Of a stretch of 54,761 nt of DNA, positions 8,034-18,416 are shown piece after piece. The DNA lies in contig BGZO01000004.1 of NCBI GenBank assembly GCA_003864475.1, positions 1-54,761 on the forward strand, written 5' to 3'. The notes under the pieces were generated by a model. It saw nothing but the letters and a program-made list of their open reading frames with translations. It was not told the DNA's origin and made no database searches. Made by a program: the position numbers and the translations under genes. Every line of letters starts with the position of its first letter. Positions within the stretch are counted from its first letter, which is position 1. This DNA is from Candidatus Termititenax persephonae. Lineage in GTDB: Bacteria > Margulisbacteria > Termititenacia > Termititenacales > Termititenacaceae.

Positions 8034-8531
8034 ATGAGGAAAATTAAGCTTGGGGTTTTCTTGCTGGGCTGGCTGGCTCTCGGCTGGGGCGCCGGGGCGG
8101 GCCTAGAGAATGCGCTGGACATCAGCGCCTCGGGGGTGGTCGCCCAGCGGACACGCGCGGAAGTGGCGGCGGAAAATATCGCCAACATGGACACGACCAA
8201 GACCTCGGACGGTCTGCCGTATCGCCGCAAGGTAATCCAGCTGCGTCCGGCGGAAAATTTCTCCCGGAGCGGACGCACGACCAGACAAGTTTTGAACGGC
8301 GTGGCAATCGCCTATGTCGGCGCGGAGCCTGACGCGGAGAAAAAGTTTCAGCGCATCTACAAACCGGGGCATCCCGACGCTGACGAGAACGGTTTTGTCC
8401 TGTATCCTAACGTCAATATTACCGAGGAACTGGTGGAGTTGTCGGAAATCAGCGGGGCTTTCGAGAATAATGTTGTGGTTTTTAACAACACCAAGGCGAT
8501 GATGCAGGCCAGCCTAGAACTGGCGCAGTAA
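8034..8531 (+). CDS. flgC: Flagellar proximal rod protein FlgC
   Basis: ALDISASGVVAQRTRAEVAAENIANMDTT and the C-terminal NVNITEELVELSEISGAFENNV identify FlgC. I preferred the ATG at 8034 because it lies 8 nt after AGGAGGG. The N-terminus is unusually hydrophobic. Confidence 0.85.
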   Translation: MRKIKLGVFLLGWLALGWGAGAGLENALDISASGVVAQRTRAEVAAENIANMDTTKTSDGLPYRRKVIQLRPAENFSRSGRTTRQVLNGVAIAYVGAEPDAEKKFQRIYKPGHPDADENGFVLYPNVNITEELVELSEISGAFENNVVVFNNTKAMMQASLELAQ

Positions 8532-8557
8532 TAAATAAAAACAAGGGAGGAAAATTT

Positions 8558-8866
8558 ATGGCGGAAGGAATACAAGCAATCGGTGGAGCAGGAGTCCCTG
8601 GGCTGAACACGATAGTAGCCCCGGCCAATACACAGAATACCACGCCGTTCCAGATCATGCTGGACGCGGCCATCAGCGGACTGCGCGAGGTTAGCGCAGC
8701 CGAGGCAAAGGCGGATGCCTATATCGTACAATACTCGCAGGGCAATGTGAGTATGGAAGAGACGTTGATGGAAGTGCAGAAAATGACCATGGCGGTGCAG
8801 ATGGCCACGACAGTGGTCAACCAAGTAGTCTCGACGTTTAAGGAAATAGAACAGATACCAGTCTAG
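8558..8866 (+). CDS. fliE: Flagellar hook-basal body protein FliE
   Basis: 102 aa. The pattern FQIMLDAAISGLREVS...EETLMEVQKMTMAVQMATTVVNQVVSTFKEI matches FliE. Confidence 0.8.
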   Translation: MAEGIQAIGGAGVPGLNTIVAPANTQNTTPFQIMLDAAISGLREVSAAEAKADAYIVQYSQGNVSMEETLMEVQKMTMAVQMATTVVNQVVSTFKEIEQIPV

Positions 8867-8899
8867 TTTTTAAGTAAAAAAATAAAAGGAAAATAATCT

Positions 8900-10630
8900 G
8901 TGGGCGAAGAAGCTAAAGGCGGCAATAAACTAATCTTTATTATCATCGGTATTGTCGCTATCGCGGCCTTGGCCGTGTTGTTTTTATTGTTCCGCCCCGC
9001 TTTAAGCGGCGGGATAAAAATGGCGGCGGCGGCCGTAACTCCCAAAAAAGAAGCCCCGTCCGGCTATTCGGTGCTGTTCCGCAACTTGGATTACACCGAG
9101 GCGGCGCAGATTGTTGATTCGCTCAAGGCGCAGGGGGTCAAGGATTACCGCCTAGAGGACGATGGGCGGACCATCCTCGTGCCAAATAGAAAGCGGACGG
9201 AAGTGGTGCTGGCTATCGCGCAAGAGGGCATCATGCCAAACGGCGGCGCGATTGGTTTCGAGATTTTTGACAAGGGCAGCGCCCTGGGAGCCTCGGAATT
9301 TGACCAAAATGTTAAATTTTCCCGCGCCATCAGCGGTGAACTGGTGCGTAGCATTTCGCGGATTAACGGCATCGAAGAGGCTCGGGTAATCGTGGTCATC
9401 CCCGCGCAACAGCTTTTTGCCGCGCAGCAAAATCCCAAACAGGCCTCGGTCTTGGTCAAAATTACCGAGGGAGAACTGCTGACCCCGCAGCAAGTGCAGG
9501 CAATTGTTTCTCTGGTCTCTTCTTCGGTCGAGGATTTGCGCCGAGGCAATATCACGGTGGTGGATTATAACGGCAGGGTTTTAAGCTCCGACGAATATGC
9601 CCGAGACTATGACCGCTTGGCGGCCTTATTGGCTTTGGAAAAGAGTAAAAAAGGCAACAGCATTGGTTCCGACCTGCCAATCGAAGATACTGGTGAAATA
9701 GCCGATGAAAGCAGCATCTTTTCGCTGTACTATGAGTCAGACCGCGCCAAACTGAATAGACAAGAGAAAAGTCTGATGCGGGGTATCAATATCAATGTCA
9801 ATGCCAGCGAGGCGGATGTCTATGCCGCCAAAATGAAATTCAAAGAACGCTACGAGTCTTTGCTGGAACGCAACATTAAGCAAATGGCCGACCAGTTCTT
9901 CCCGCGCAAGGCTACGGAAGTAAAAGTCAACGTCGAATTGAACAATGAGCCTTTTAACGCCACGACCCCGAATTCGATGATTGAAAGAATTACAGCAATG
10001 ATTTTACTCGACCAGTATAATCAAGCCGTGGTGCTGACTCCCGAAGTGCGCGAGGCTTTTATGAAATCGATAGCCTCGGCAATCAGTTATGTCAAAGGCC
10101 GCGACCGCATTGACCTGCGCTGGTCGCCCAATGTCAATGTGCGCGGTCGCAAACCGACACCGAGCAAGATAAAAACCGATTCAGTTCCAGAAGTTCCCGC
10201 CCCCAAAGCCAGCAAAAGTGAGAGTTCCACATCGTCCATTTTAAGTGTCCTGCAGCAAGGTTCTACTGACAACAGAAAAAATATTTATTATCTGGTTGGC
10301 GGATTGACTGTTGCCCTGCTGGCTTTAATCCTTTTGTTGCGCCGCCGCAAGTCTTCTAACGTCGAGAAAGTGGGCAAAAAATCTGTTTTTGACGAGCAAA
10401 CGGATGACCGCGAGGGATTTGCTGATTTGGTTTCACCCTCTGCCGAGGCCATCAAAGATTTGGCGGCGCAAAATCCTGACAAAATCGCGGAGATTCTGGC
10501 AAAATGGTTTCAAGAGGATGAGAAAAAAGCCCCGGAACAAAAGCCTGTCCAGTCGGCTAAACCAACTCCGCCTGCCGTCAATCCGTCACAGCCGCAACAG
10601 CCGAGCAGTCCGCCGCCGGACAAGCAATGA
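8900..10630 (+). CDS. fliF: Flagellar MS-ring protein FliF
   Basis: 576 aa with an N-terminal TM segment. YSVLFRNLDYTEAAQIVDSLKAQGVKDYRLEDDGRTILVP is a typical FliF block. A second TM segment lies near the C-terminus, followed by a Pro/Gln-rich tail. Confidence 0.9.
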   Translation: MGEEAKGGNKLIFIIIGIVAIAALAVLFLLFRPALSGGIKMAAAAVTPKKEAPSGYSVLFRNLDYTEAAQIVDSLKAQGVKDYRLEDDGRTILVPNRKRTEVVLAIAQEGIMPNGGAIGFEIFDKGSALGASEFDQNVKFSRAISGELVRSISRINGIEEARVIVVIPAQQLFAAQQNPKQASVLVKITEGELLTPQQVQAIVSLVSSSVEDLRRGNITVVDYNGRVLSSDEYARDYDRLAALLALEKSKKGNSIGSDLPIEDTGEIADESSIFSLYYESDRAKLNRQEKSLMRGININVNASEADVYAAKMKFKERYESLLERNIKQMADQFFPRKATEVKVNVELNNEPFNATTPNSMIERITAMILLDQYNQAVVLTPEVREAFMKSIASAISYVKGRDRIDLRWSPNVNVRGRKPTPSKIKTDSVPEVPAPKASKSESSTSSILSVLQQGSTDNRKNIYYLVGGLTVALLALILLLRRRKSSNVEKVGKKSVFDEQTDDREGFADLVSPSAEAIKDLAAQNPDKIAEILAKWFQEDEKKAPEQKPVQSAKPTPPAVNPSQPQQPSSPPPDKQ

Positions 10631-10639
10631 GGAGATGAC

Positions 10640-11146
10640 ATGGTAGTCATGCAGTTAAAAGGCAAAGAAAAAGCTTTGGTTTTTCTCGCGACACTCGGCG
10701 ACGAGGTTTCCCGTAAAGTCCTGAGCTGCCTGCCTGATAAACTTTCCGGGCGCATCGCGCACGAGTTAAATAAGTTCAAGAAACCTTCGCCGGAAGCGGT
10801 CGCCTTCGTGCTGAAAGAATTGGTGGCTTTCTCGCTGGAAAAACAGCCGGAACGTCCGCAACTGGAAGCCCCGCCGGAGCAGGTCAAGGAAGAAATTGAC
10901 CCCATCGATGCCACCAGCGAACTGGGCCGGATGCCTCTGCCGGAACTGGTCGCTTTCCTGCAAAACGAAATGCCGCAAACGGCGGCTTTCGTCTTGAGTC
11001 ATTTGAGTCCCGCCCGCCAAAACGGTTATTATGAGTTGGTTTCGCCAGGCCGCCGCAGTGAAATTAAACAGTGCGTAGTGGAAAAAACCCCCTGGGCAGA
11101 CAGTGTTTTTGCCGCGCTCAACGAGCGGGCTAAAGCGGGGAGATAA
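10640..11146 (+). CDS. fliG: Short FliG-like protein (N-terminal and middle-type ARM repeats only)
   Basis: It occupies the fliG position between fliF and fliH. KEKALVFLATLGDEVSRKVLSCLPDK and MPQTAAFVLSHLSPARQ resemble FliG N and M motifs. It is only 168 aa, and no C-terminal torque domain is recognisable. Confidence 0.55.
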   Translation: MVVMQLKGKEKALVFLATLGDEVSRKVLSCLPDKLSGRIAHELNKFKKPSPEAVAFVLKELVAFSLEKQPERPQLEAPPEQVKEEIDPIDATSELGRMPLPELVAFLQNEMPQTAAFVLSHLSPARQNGYYELVSPGRRSEIKQCVVEKTPWADSVFAALNERAKAGR

Positions 11147-11151
11147 TACCC

Positions 11152-12183
11152 ATGCCTTTATTAAAAAAGCATACTATTCGGTTGGGAGAACAGGCTGTAC
11201 ATATGGGCGAACAGTTTGGGTCAGCCAATGCGCCGGAGGTTGCCGAGGCTGTCTTGGAACGCGCGGACGATAATCAGATTGTCCAAGAAGTAGTTTCTGC
11301 CGTGGAAGTGTATGCACCGCCGATTCCGACTGTCCCGGTGGTTGACGAGGATGAGCGGCAGAGAGTGCTGCAGAATATCCGGGAAGAAGGCAAAACTCAG
11401 GCCGAGGCCATGGCCGCTGAGATTAAGAAAAAAGCTGAAGAGGAAGCGCGCACACTGCTGGACACGGCGAGCAACAAGGCCAAAGAACTGCTGGAAGCGG
11501 AAACAGCCAAGGGCATCGAGCAGGGCAAGAAAGAAATATACGCACAATTGCGGAAACACATTGAGGAAGCTCAGGATGTCGTCAGGCAGGCGCGTAACCA
11601 GAAAAATGCCATTATCAAATCCGCCGTGCCGGAAATCCTCCGCCTGTCCACGCGGATTGCCGCGCAGGTTGTCCGCAATGAGCTGACGCAAAACCAAAAT
11701 ATTGTTATGGATATTGTCAAAGACGCTATTGAAAAAATTTCCGACAATGAGCAGGTGGTCATCAAAGTTTCGGCGCAGGATTTGCAGAACGTGCGCAACG
11801 AGAAAGACTTGATTATTGACCTGGTGGAGGCCAAAAATTTGAGCATCGTCCCCGACAAGCATTGTGCGGAAGGCGGCTGTGTGATTGAAACCAAGCTGGG
11901 CTTCATCGATGCCAAGGTCGTAACCAAACTGGACATGATTCAGACGGCCTTGCTGGATGTCCACCACGAAGAAAAAACCAAGCGCGAGACCACCCTCAAG
12001 GAAGCCGTGGAACGCGGGGAAGATATAGATATGGCCGCTGAAGAGCAGAAAGATATTGACGAATTGATGAAAGAAACTTCCCTAGAGGAAATCAAGGCAC
12101 AGGAAAAGAAAATGCTGGAAGAGCAACAGGAAAGAGACAAGGCCAACGAAGGCAATAGCGTGGACAAATCACTAGAGTTGTAA
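11152..12183 (+). CDS. fliH: Flagellar export regulator FliH
   Basis: 343 aa with a charged coiled-coil middle. The C-terminal FliH-type block reads ILRLSTRIAAQVVRNELTQNQNIVMDIVKDAIEKI...GGCVIETKLGFIDAKV. Confidence 0.8.
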   Translation: MPLLKKHTIRLGEQAVHMGEQFGSANAPEVAEAVLERADDNQIVQEVVSAVEVYAPPIPTVPVVDEDERQRVLQNIREEGKTQAEAMAAEIKKKAEEEARTLLDTASNKAKELLEAETAKGIEQGKKEIYAQLRKHIEEAQDVVRQARNQKNAIIKSAVPEILRLSTRIAAQVVRNELTQNQNIVMDIVKDAIEKISDNEQVVIKVSAQDLQNVRNEKDLIIDLVEAKNLSIVPDKHCAEGGCVIETKLGFIDAKVVTKLDMIQTALLDVHHEEKTKRETTLKEAVERGEDIDMAAEEQKDIDELMKETSLEEIKAQEKKMLEEQQERDKANEGNSVDKSLEL

Positions 12184-12185
12184 TC

Positions 12186-13502
12186 ATGGTCATCAAAGAT
12201 TTAACTAAATATTTACAGGCCGTCGACAATACCGAACACGTCAAGGTTATCGGCAAAGTTTTGCAGGCGGTCGGTCTGGTCATCGAGGCACAGGTAACCG
12301 GTGTGGCCAACGGCGAGCTTTGTACGATTTTTCTGGAGGGCGAGGACCCGCACCCGGTCTACGCGGAAGTTACCGGCTTCAAAGGCAACAATGTGCTGTT
12401 GATGCCGCTGGGGCAAACCACGGGCATTGCGCCGGGCTGTAAGATTGTGCCGACCGGACATCCTCTGCGGGTCGGCGTGGGCAATCAATTATTGGGGCGG
12501 GTGCTGGACGGGCTGGGACGGCCAATGGACGGCAAGGGCGCGATTGTAACCGAGGAATTTTATCCTTTCGACCGCGACCCGCCGGACGCGACCAAACGCC
12601 CGCGTATCAAGCATCCGCTGGCGACCAGCGTCAAGGCTTTTGACGGGCTGCTGGCTTTAGGCCAGGGACAGCGTATCGGTATTTTTGCCGGCTCCGGCGT
12701 GGGCAAATCAACCTTGATGGGTATGCTGGCGCGCGGCACGGAAGCGGACATCAACGTGATTGCCTTGATTGGCGAGCGCGGACGCGAGGTGCGGGATTTT
12801 ATCGAGCAGTCGCTGGGCGAGGAAGGCTTGCGCCGCTCGGTGGTGGTCTGCGCGACATCCGACCAGCCGCCGATGATTCGTCTGAAAGGCGCGATGGCTG
12901 GCACGGCAATCGCAGAATATTTCCGCGACCAAGGCAAGAAAGTTTTATTTATGATGGACTCGGTAACGCGGTTTGCCATGGCGCAGCGCGAGATTGGTTT
13001 GGCCACAGGCGAACCGCCGACCACCAAAGGCTACACGCCGTCGGTTTTCGCGATGATTCCGCGCCTGATGGAGCGCGCGGGGACTTCCGAGCAAGGGTCA
13101 ATCACGGCGATTTATACCGTACTGGTCGAAGGCAGCGACATGGACGAGCCGATTGCTGACACGGCGCGCAGTGTGCTGGACGGGCATGTGGTGCTTTCGC
13201 GCGACATGGCCGCCAAAAATCATTACCCCTGCATCGACATTGGCCCGAGCGTCAGCCGCTTGATGTCGGAAGTTTGCACGCCCGAGCATAAGGCGGCGGC
13301 AGGCAAGCTACGCGAGGTGCTGGCGCGTTACACCGAGGCGGAAGACCTCATCAATATCGGCGCGTATGTCAAGGGCAGTAACCCGAAGATTGACCAAGCG
13401 ATTGAGAAAATCGACGCGGTAAATGAGTTTTTATGCCAAGCCACGGACGAAAAATTTGATTTTGACGAGACGGTGGCCCGTTTGGAGAATATTTTTGCTT
13501 AA
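12186..13502 (+). CDS. fliI: Flagellum-specific ATPase FliI
   Basis: 438 aa with Walker A GSGVGKST and an F1/T3SS ATPase core (VLFMMDSVTRFAMAQREI). Confidence 0.95.
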   Translation: MVIKDLTKYLQAVDNTEHVKVIGKVLQAVGLVIEAQVTGVANGELCTIFLEGEDPHPVYAEVTGFKGNNVLLMPLGQTTGIAPGCKIVPTGHPLRVGVGNQLLGRVLDGLGRPMDGKGAIVTEEFYPFDRDPPDATKRPRIKHPLATSVKAFDGLLALGQGQRIGIFAGSGVGKSTLMGMLARGTEADINVIALIGERGREVRDFIEQSLGEEGLRRSVVVCATSDQPPMIRLKGAMAGTAIAEYFRDQGKKVLFMMDSVTRFAMAQREIGLATGEPPTTKGYTPSVFAMIPRLMERAGTSEQGSITAIYTVLVEGSDMDEPIADTARSVLDGHVVLSRDMAAKNHYPCIDIGPSVSRLMSEVCTPEHKAAAGKLREVLARYTEAEDLINIGAYVKGSNPKIDQAIEKIDAVNEFLCQATDEKFDFDETVARLENIFA

Positions 13503-13523
13503 ATTGGGTATATTTTTGACATT

Positions 13524-14024
13524 ATGAAAAAACCAAAAAAATCTAAAAGATTTGAATATAATCTTAAGGTAGTCCTGAAAGTCCGTGAGATTTACGAGAA
13601 GCTGGAAAAAGAAAAATTTGCCGAAGCCCAGCGCAAGTATCGGGAAGAGCTTGAACGCGAACAGAAAATGAAAGATTATGAGATGCAGCAGCAACGCACC
13701 TTGAAGAGCGGCCTGCAGGGCAGCATTGATTTTGCCAGCATCATGCACCGCCAAAACTTTCTCAAAAAATACAAACAAGACGTGGTGGAACAGGAAAATA
13801 AAACCAAGGAAGCCGACCAGCACAAAGAAGAGCAGCGCGAGCGCCTAGTCAAATCGATGAAAGACCGCAAGATTTTGGAAAAAGACCGTGAACATAAAAA
13901 AGACGCTTGGAAACGCTTGATGGACCGTGAGGCGACAAAATTTTTGGACGAAATCGCCACCGCCAAACATTTTCAGAAAATGACCGAACGCAAGCTGGAT
14001 GAAGCCAAAAGAAGCGCGTCATGA
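13524..14024 (+). CDS. fliJ: FliJ-like flagellar export chaperone (coiled coil)
   Basis: 166-aa highly charged coiled-coil protein directly after fliI. Confidence 0.55.
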   Translation: MKKPKKSKRFEYNLKVVLKVREIYEKLEKEKFAEAQRKYREELEREQKMKDYEMQQQRTLKSGLQGSIDFASIMHRQNFLKKYKQDVVEQENKTKEADQHKEEQRERLVKSMKDRKILEKDREHKKDAWKRLMDREATKFLDEIATAKHFQKMTERKLDEAKRSAS

Positions 14025-14037
14025 TAAAATAATCTTC

Positions 14038-14727
14038 ATGCGGCGGTTAAAATCGGTATTGTTTTTAAGTTGGATAAGCCTGAGCCTTGTTTTTGGCGCA
14101 GAAGCGGGACTGCGGACCGAAAAATTAACCATCCGCGGGGCTTGGAATTTTTTAGGCGCACTGAACCTGAGATATGTCGAACACGGATATTCTATCGGCG
14201 CCTTCTCGGGAACATTAAAAGAAAACTCCTCTTTTGAACTTGCTTCGGGGTTGACTTTATTTGCGGAATACCCCCTCTGGCGTTTTGGCCGTCAGACTGA
14301 ACTGCTGGGCGGGATTAAATATTCTTTTACGCAGAGCGCACGGCAACTGCACCTGTCCGGCTCTTGGGGCGGATGGGATTTTGCCCCCGAGCGCGAGGAG
14401 CTGCGCCCGGGCGAGTTTGCGGTGCAAAACACGGCGCTTTATCTGAAGCCGCGGTGGCTGACCGGACGCATTACACCCCAGACCGTTTCTTTTTATACGG
14501 CAAGCAATATTTCCTATAATTTCATTACCTTAAGCGGGGAGAGGGCCGCGCCTGCCAAACCAGACAGAGCGATTGGCTTGGGCGCATCGTTGGGCGCGGT
14601 TTTTTATGACGCAGTTGATGCCGAATTTGGCATTGATATGATATACTCCAATATCCTGAATAATGGCGGACGCGGCACATGGTCAGAATTTTATACAGCC
14701 TATTTGGCAGTCGGTTACAGAATTTAA
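14038..14727 (+). CDS. Secreted hypothetical protein, possibly an outer-membrane beta-barrel
   Basis: The ATG at 14038 gives MRRLKSVLFLSWISLSLVFGAEA, a signal peptide. The rest shows an alternating beta-strand-like pattern and ends in AVGYRI. Confidence 0.4.
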   Translation: MRRLKSVLFLSWISLSLVFGAEAGLRTEKLTIRGAWNFLGALNLRYVEHGYSIGAFSGTLKENSSFELASGLTLFAEYPLWRFGRQTELLGGIKYSFTQSARQLHLSGSWGGWDFAPEREELRPGEFAVQNTALYLKPRWLTGRITPQTVSFYTASNISYNFITLSGERAAPAKPDRAIGLGASLGAVFYDAVDAEFGIDMIYSNILNNGGRGTWSEFYTAYLAVGYRI

Positions 14728-14747
14728 AAAATATTAGGAGGTAATCC

Positions 14748-15611
14748 ATGAAGGAAATAAAAGCGTTGTTGCTTTTACTGGGAATATTGTTTTTGAGCGG
14801 ATGCAATGAAAGGTCGTTTGTTGGTTTGACGCTGGACACCGCCGCGCCGCAAAATAAATTGAAATTGGAAGTGCGTTATGCCCGCGCGGCGGCGCAAAAA
14901 ACCGAATTGGAAACTAGCGGCGAATATCAAACCCTCGCCAATCCTTTGGACTTTTTTGAAACGGATGTGCATACAGTCTGGCCGGATGATTTGACCAGCA
15001 AACTGAAAATGACTTTTAGCGACGGGATTTTTTTGGTGGGTAAAGGCAGTAAAACTTACGGGCTGGACGCTGAATATATCAGTCAGCATAGACAGTCTGG
15101 CGAATGGCTGAAATTTCAAGAATTAAACGACGACATTTTCGAGGCCACACTGCCTTTCGAGAAAATTACCGACCCCGACGAGTTGACAGGCATTATTATT
15201 TTAGTCAATTCTAAAATGTGGTGGGAATGGATTGACCCCACCAATGTCCTGCATGACGACAGCAATTTTGCCAAGGCGATTTTCGTGCCAATCAGCAACG
15301 TGAAAGAGGACAAAAACAAAAAAGGGCTTTACCATATAACTATCGAACCGGCTAAAGCCAAGGATGCCGATATTGGTGATGGCATGATTTTTTTGGCGTT
15401 TTTCAGTTTTGATTATGAGAAAACGCGCGGCGATATTTTAAATAAAGTGATTGCACAGGATTATCCTTGTAATTGGGGTAGTAATTTTTTGATACCGTTT
15501 GGCGGTTTATTTAATACCAATCATGCGGCAAAAACATTGACCTACAAGCCTAAGATTACGACTTATTCGTCCGGCCCTTATGGCGGCACGACCACTCATG
15601 TGATTTATTAG
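14748..15611 (+). CDS. Hypothetical lipoprotein
   Basis: The signal peptide carries a lipobox (LFLSGC). I did not recognise any domain. Confidence 0.55.
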   Translation: MKEIKALLLLLGILFLSGCNERSFVGLTLDTAAPQNKLKLEVRYARAAAQKTELETSGEYQTLANPLDFFETDVHTVWPDDLTSKLKMTFSDGIFLVGKGSKTYGLDAEYISQHRQSGEWLKFQELNDDIFEATLPFEKITDPDELTGIIILVNSKMWWEWIDPTNVLHDDSNFAKAIFVPISNVKEDKNKKGLYHITIEPAKAKDADIGDGMIFLAFFSFDYEKTRGDILNKVIAQDYPCNWGSNFLIPFGGLFNTNHAAKTLTYKPKITTYSSGPYGGTTTHVIY

Positions 15612-15620
15612 AAAAATGCC

Positions 15621-15652
15621 CGGCGGCAGATTATCCGAATAATTTGCCGCCG
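15621..15652 (-). terminator. Probable rho-independent terminator shared by convergent genes
   Basis: A 10-bp stem (CGGCGGCAGA / TTTGCCGCCG, with one G:U pair) encloses a 12-nt loop. On the minus strand it is followed by GGCATTTTTC. Confidence 0.45.
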
Positions 15653-15810
15653 ACCGCGAAATCTTCTTTGGCAATGTCTTGAAAAATCACATAAGTGTCG
15701 CCAGCCCGACAGCCCGCCTCTTTAATCAGCAGCTGCTCCAGCTCGGCGGCGATTTTTTGTTTCTGCGCTTTACTGCGCCCCTTGACCCATTGAATGTTTA
15801 CGACTGGCAT
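15631..15810 (-). CDS. 4-oxalocrotonate tautomerase family protein
   Basis: 59-aa ORF, below the length cut-off of the ORF track. MPVVNIQWVKGRSKAQKQKIAAELEQLLIKEAG... has the Pro1 N-terminus typical of the family. The RBS is AAGGAGAA. Confidence 0.7.
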   Translation of the reverse strand: MPVVNIQWVKGRSKAQKQKIAAELEQLLIKEAGCRAGDTYVIFQDIAKEDFAVGGKLFG

Positions 15811-15835
15811 GTTTTCTCCTTACCGCGGCGCGGCT

Positions 15836-18409
15836 TTACTTGGCGACCAAACTCTCTTCCCGCACCGTTATGTTTTTAGCCTGGTCGATATCCAGATACA
15901 GCGCGGTGTCCGCGGCGGCCTGCCCGGCAATGATTTCTTTAGAGATACGATTTTCGATATTGCGCTGGATGGCGCGTTTGAGCGGACGCGCACCGTAATT
16001 GGGGTCGTAACCAATCTCAATCAAATAATCTTTGAGTGCGCTGCTGAAACGCGCCGTGATATTCTGCTGCCGCAATTGTTTGTTGAGTCGCTCCAGCAAT
16101 AAGTCGACGATTTGGCGCACCTCCGCCTTGGTCAACTGTTTGAATAAAATAATCTCGTCAATCCTATTCAAGAACTCCGGGCGGAAAACATTTTTCAACG
16201 CACCCTGCAGTTTTTCTTTCATTTTTTCGTAAGAAATTATTTCCTTTTCCTTGTCCGCGATGAAACCAAAAGCCGCCCTGCCCTGCTCTTCCGACCCGGC
16301 ATTGGTGGTCATAATAATCACGGTGTTCTTAAAATTAACCGTGCGTCCCTGCGCGTCGGTTAATTGCCCGTCATCCATTACCTGCAACAAGATATTAAAA
16401 ACCTCGGGGTGGGCTTTTTCAATCTCATCAAGGAGTATGACGGAGTAAGGATTGCGCCGCACCCGCTCGGTCAGCTGGCCGCCCTCGTCATAGCCAACAT
16501 AGCCGGGGGCCGCGCCAATCAAGCGCGAGACGTTAAATTTCTCGATGTACTCGGACATATCGAGGCGAATCAGTTTGTCCGCGGACCCGAACAAAAACTC
16601 GGCCAAGGTTTTGGCCAACTCGGTTTTGCCCACGCCAGTCGGCCCGGCAAAAAGGAAGACCCCGGACGGCTTATTGGGGTCGGCCACGCCGGCGCGGGAG
16701 CGCCGAATCGCCTCGGCGATTGCCTCGATGGCGTTGTTCTGCCCGACGACCCGTTTGTGCAACTCCGTCTCCATTTGCAAAAGCTTTTCTGATTCTTTCT
16801 GTTCGAGGCGCGTGGCCGGAATGCCCGTCCAGTCCGCGATAATTCCCGCGATGTCCGCCTCGGTAACGACCACCGTAGTCGAACCGTGCGCCGCCTTCCA
16901 CTCGGCGGTTTTGTCCGCCAGATTTTTCTGCAAATCTTTGAGCCGCGCGTTGATTTTCTCCAGCTTGTCTTTGTCCGCCGCGTGGGTAACCGAGGCCTGT
17001 TCTTTCTGCAGCACTTCCGAATCTTTTTTGAGTTTCTGGATTTCGGGCGGCAGAGAAATGGAAGCCAGCCGAACCTTGGCGGCGGCCTCATCAATCACGT
17101 CGATGGCCTTGTCCGGCAAAAATCTCTCGGTAATGTAGCGGCTGGACATATTGACCGCCGCCGTTATCGCCTGGTCGCTGATTTGCACGCGGTGATGCGC
17201 CTCGTAGCGGTCGCGCAGGCCTTTGAGTATCTCCGTCGTGTCCTCTAGGCTTGGCTGGTCGACGTGAATCGGCTGAAAACGTCTTTCCAACGCTGAATCT
17301 TTTTCAATGTACTTGCGGTACTCGTCGATGGTCGTGGCACCGATGCACTGCATCTCGCCGCGGGAGAGCGCGGGCTTCAAAATATTGGCCGCGTCCAAAG
17401 CTCCCTCTGCCGAACCGGCCCCGACCAGATTGTGAATCTCGTCAATAAAAACAATCGTCTGGTCATTGGCTTGGCGCAATTCATCCATGACCGCTTTGAT
17501 GCGTTCCTCAAACTCGCCGCGGTGCTTCGTGCCAGCAATCATCCCGGCCAGGTCAAGCTCGATGACGTGCTTTTTCTGCAAAGTTTCCGGCACATCACCG
17601 CTGACGATGCGCTGCGCCAGTCCCTCGACAATGGCGGTCTTGCCCACACCGGGGTCGCCAATCAGGACAGGATTGTTTTTGGTGCGGCGCGAGAGGATAC
17701 GAATCATGCGGTCGATTTCTTTTTCCCGTCCGATGACGGGGTCGAGCCGGGCTTGATAGGCCAGCTCGGTCAAGTCGCGTCCAAAAGTGGTCAGGGCGGT
17801 GCGCTCATTCTGCGCCGTGCGCTGGAAAAAAGTCTCGTCGATATTTTTGGACTTGCGCGTCTTGCGGTCGCCAAAACGGTCGTTCACGGCCTTGACGGTC
17901 TTTTCCAGCGTGATATTGTTTTTGTGCAGCACCTGCGCCGCCAAGCCCTCATTCTCGCGCAATAGCCCGAGCAGGATATGTTCCGGCCCGACATACTTAT
18001 AGCCGAGCTGCATGGCGGTCTGATACGCCAGTTCCAAGGCTTTTTTGGCGCGCGGGGTCAGCATAATCGGCTGGTCGACAGGAATTTTGTTATTGCTCTG
18101 TCCGACCAAAATTTCGATGTCCGAAAAAGCTTTGACCAAATCCAAGTCCATATCCTTGAGAATCTGCGTGGTGCTGCTTTCGGACTTAATCAGCCCCAAT
18201 AAAATATGCTCCGTGTCGATGGCCTTATGCCCGAGACGGCGCACTTCCTCGGCGGCCAAGTACAGCACCTTATTGGCGGTATTTGAAAAGTAGTCAAACA
18301 TGCGGTCAGGACGGCGCGGACCAAAAATCTGGCTTAAAATCGCCCGCAATTCCGGCGGCAGAAAATCCTCAAACTCGTCAAAATTATTTATCTCATTTAT
18401 TTCAGCCAT
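15836..18409 (-). CDS. clpC: ATP-dependent Clp protease ATP-binding subunit ClpC-type
   Basis: 857 aa with two Clp_N repeats and two AAA+ modules ([16 protein letters not shown]). It has a short UVR-like linker rather than a long ClpB M-domain, and a candidate ClpP loop, FGF. Confidence 0.85.
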   Translation of the reverse strand: MAEINEINNFDEFEDFLPPELRAILSQIFGPRRPDRMFDYFSNTANKVLYLAAEEVRRLGHKAIDTEHILLGLIKSESSTTQILKDMDLDLVKAFSDIEILVGQSNNKIPVDQPIMLTPRAKKALELAYQTAMQLGYKYVGPEHILLGLLRENEGLAAQVLHKNNITLEKTVKAVNDRFGDRKTRKSKNIDETFFQRTAQNERTALTTFGRDLTELAYQARLDPVIGREKEIDRMIRILSRRTKNNPVLIGDPGVGKTAIVEGLAQRIVSGDVPETLQKKHVIELDLAGMIAGTKHRGEFEERIKAVMDELRQANDQTIVFIDEIHNLVGAGSAEGALDAANILKPALSRGEMQCIGATTIDEYRKYIEKDSALERRFQPIHVDQPSLEDTTEILKGLRDRYEAHHRVQISDQAITAAVNMSSRYITERFLPDKAIDVIDEAAAKVRLASISLPPEIQKLKKDSEVLQKEQASVTHAADKDKLEKINARLKDLQKNLADKTAEWKAAHGSTTVVVTEADIAGIIADWTGIPATRLEQKESEKLLQMETELHKRVVGQNNAIEAIAEAIRRSRAGVADPNKPSGVFLFAGPTGVGKTELAKTLAEFLFGSADKLIRLDMSEYIEKFNVSRLIGAAPGYVGYDEGGQLTERVRRNPYSVILLDEIEKAHPEVFNILLQVMDDGQLTDAQGRTVNFKNTVIIMTTNAGSEEQGRAAFGFIADKEKEIISYEKMKEKLQGALKNVFRPEFLNRIDEIILFKQLTKAEVRQIVDLLLERLNKQLRQQNITARFSSALKDYLIEIGYDPNYGARPLKRAIQRNIENRISKEIIAGQAAADTALYLDIDQAKNITVREESLVAK

Positions 18410-18416
18410 GAGCCAA

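Noticed and set aside
11221-11967. Long antisense or shadow ORFs, for example 3134-3826, 5255-5806, 11221-11967, 35877-36572, 38288-39085, 46254-46964, 50989-51804 and 34986-35729.
   Set aside because: Each lies opposite to, or out of frame with, a gene that has strong family signatures. Their Arg/Gly/Pro-rich or low-complexity composition is typical of non-coding frames in GC-rich genes.
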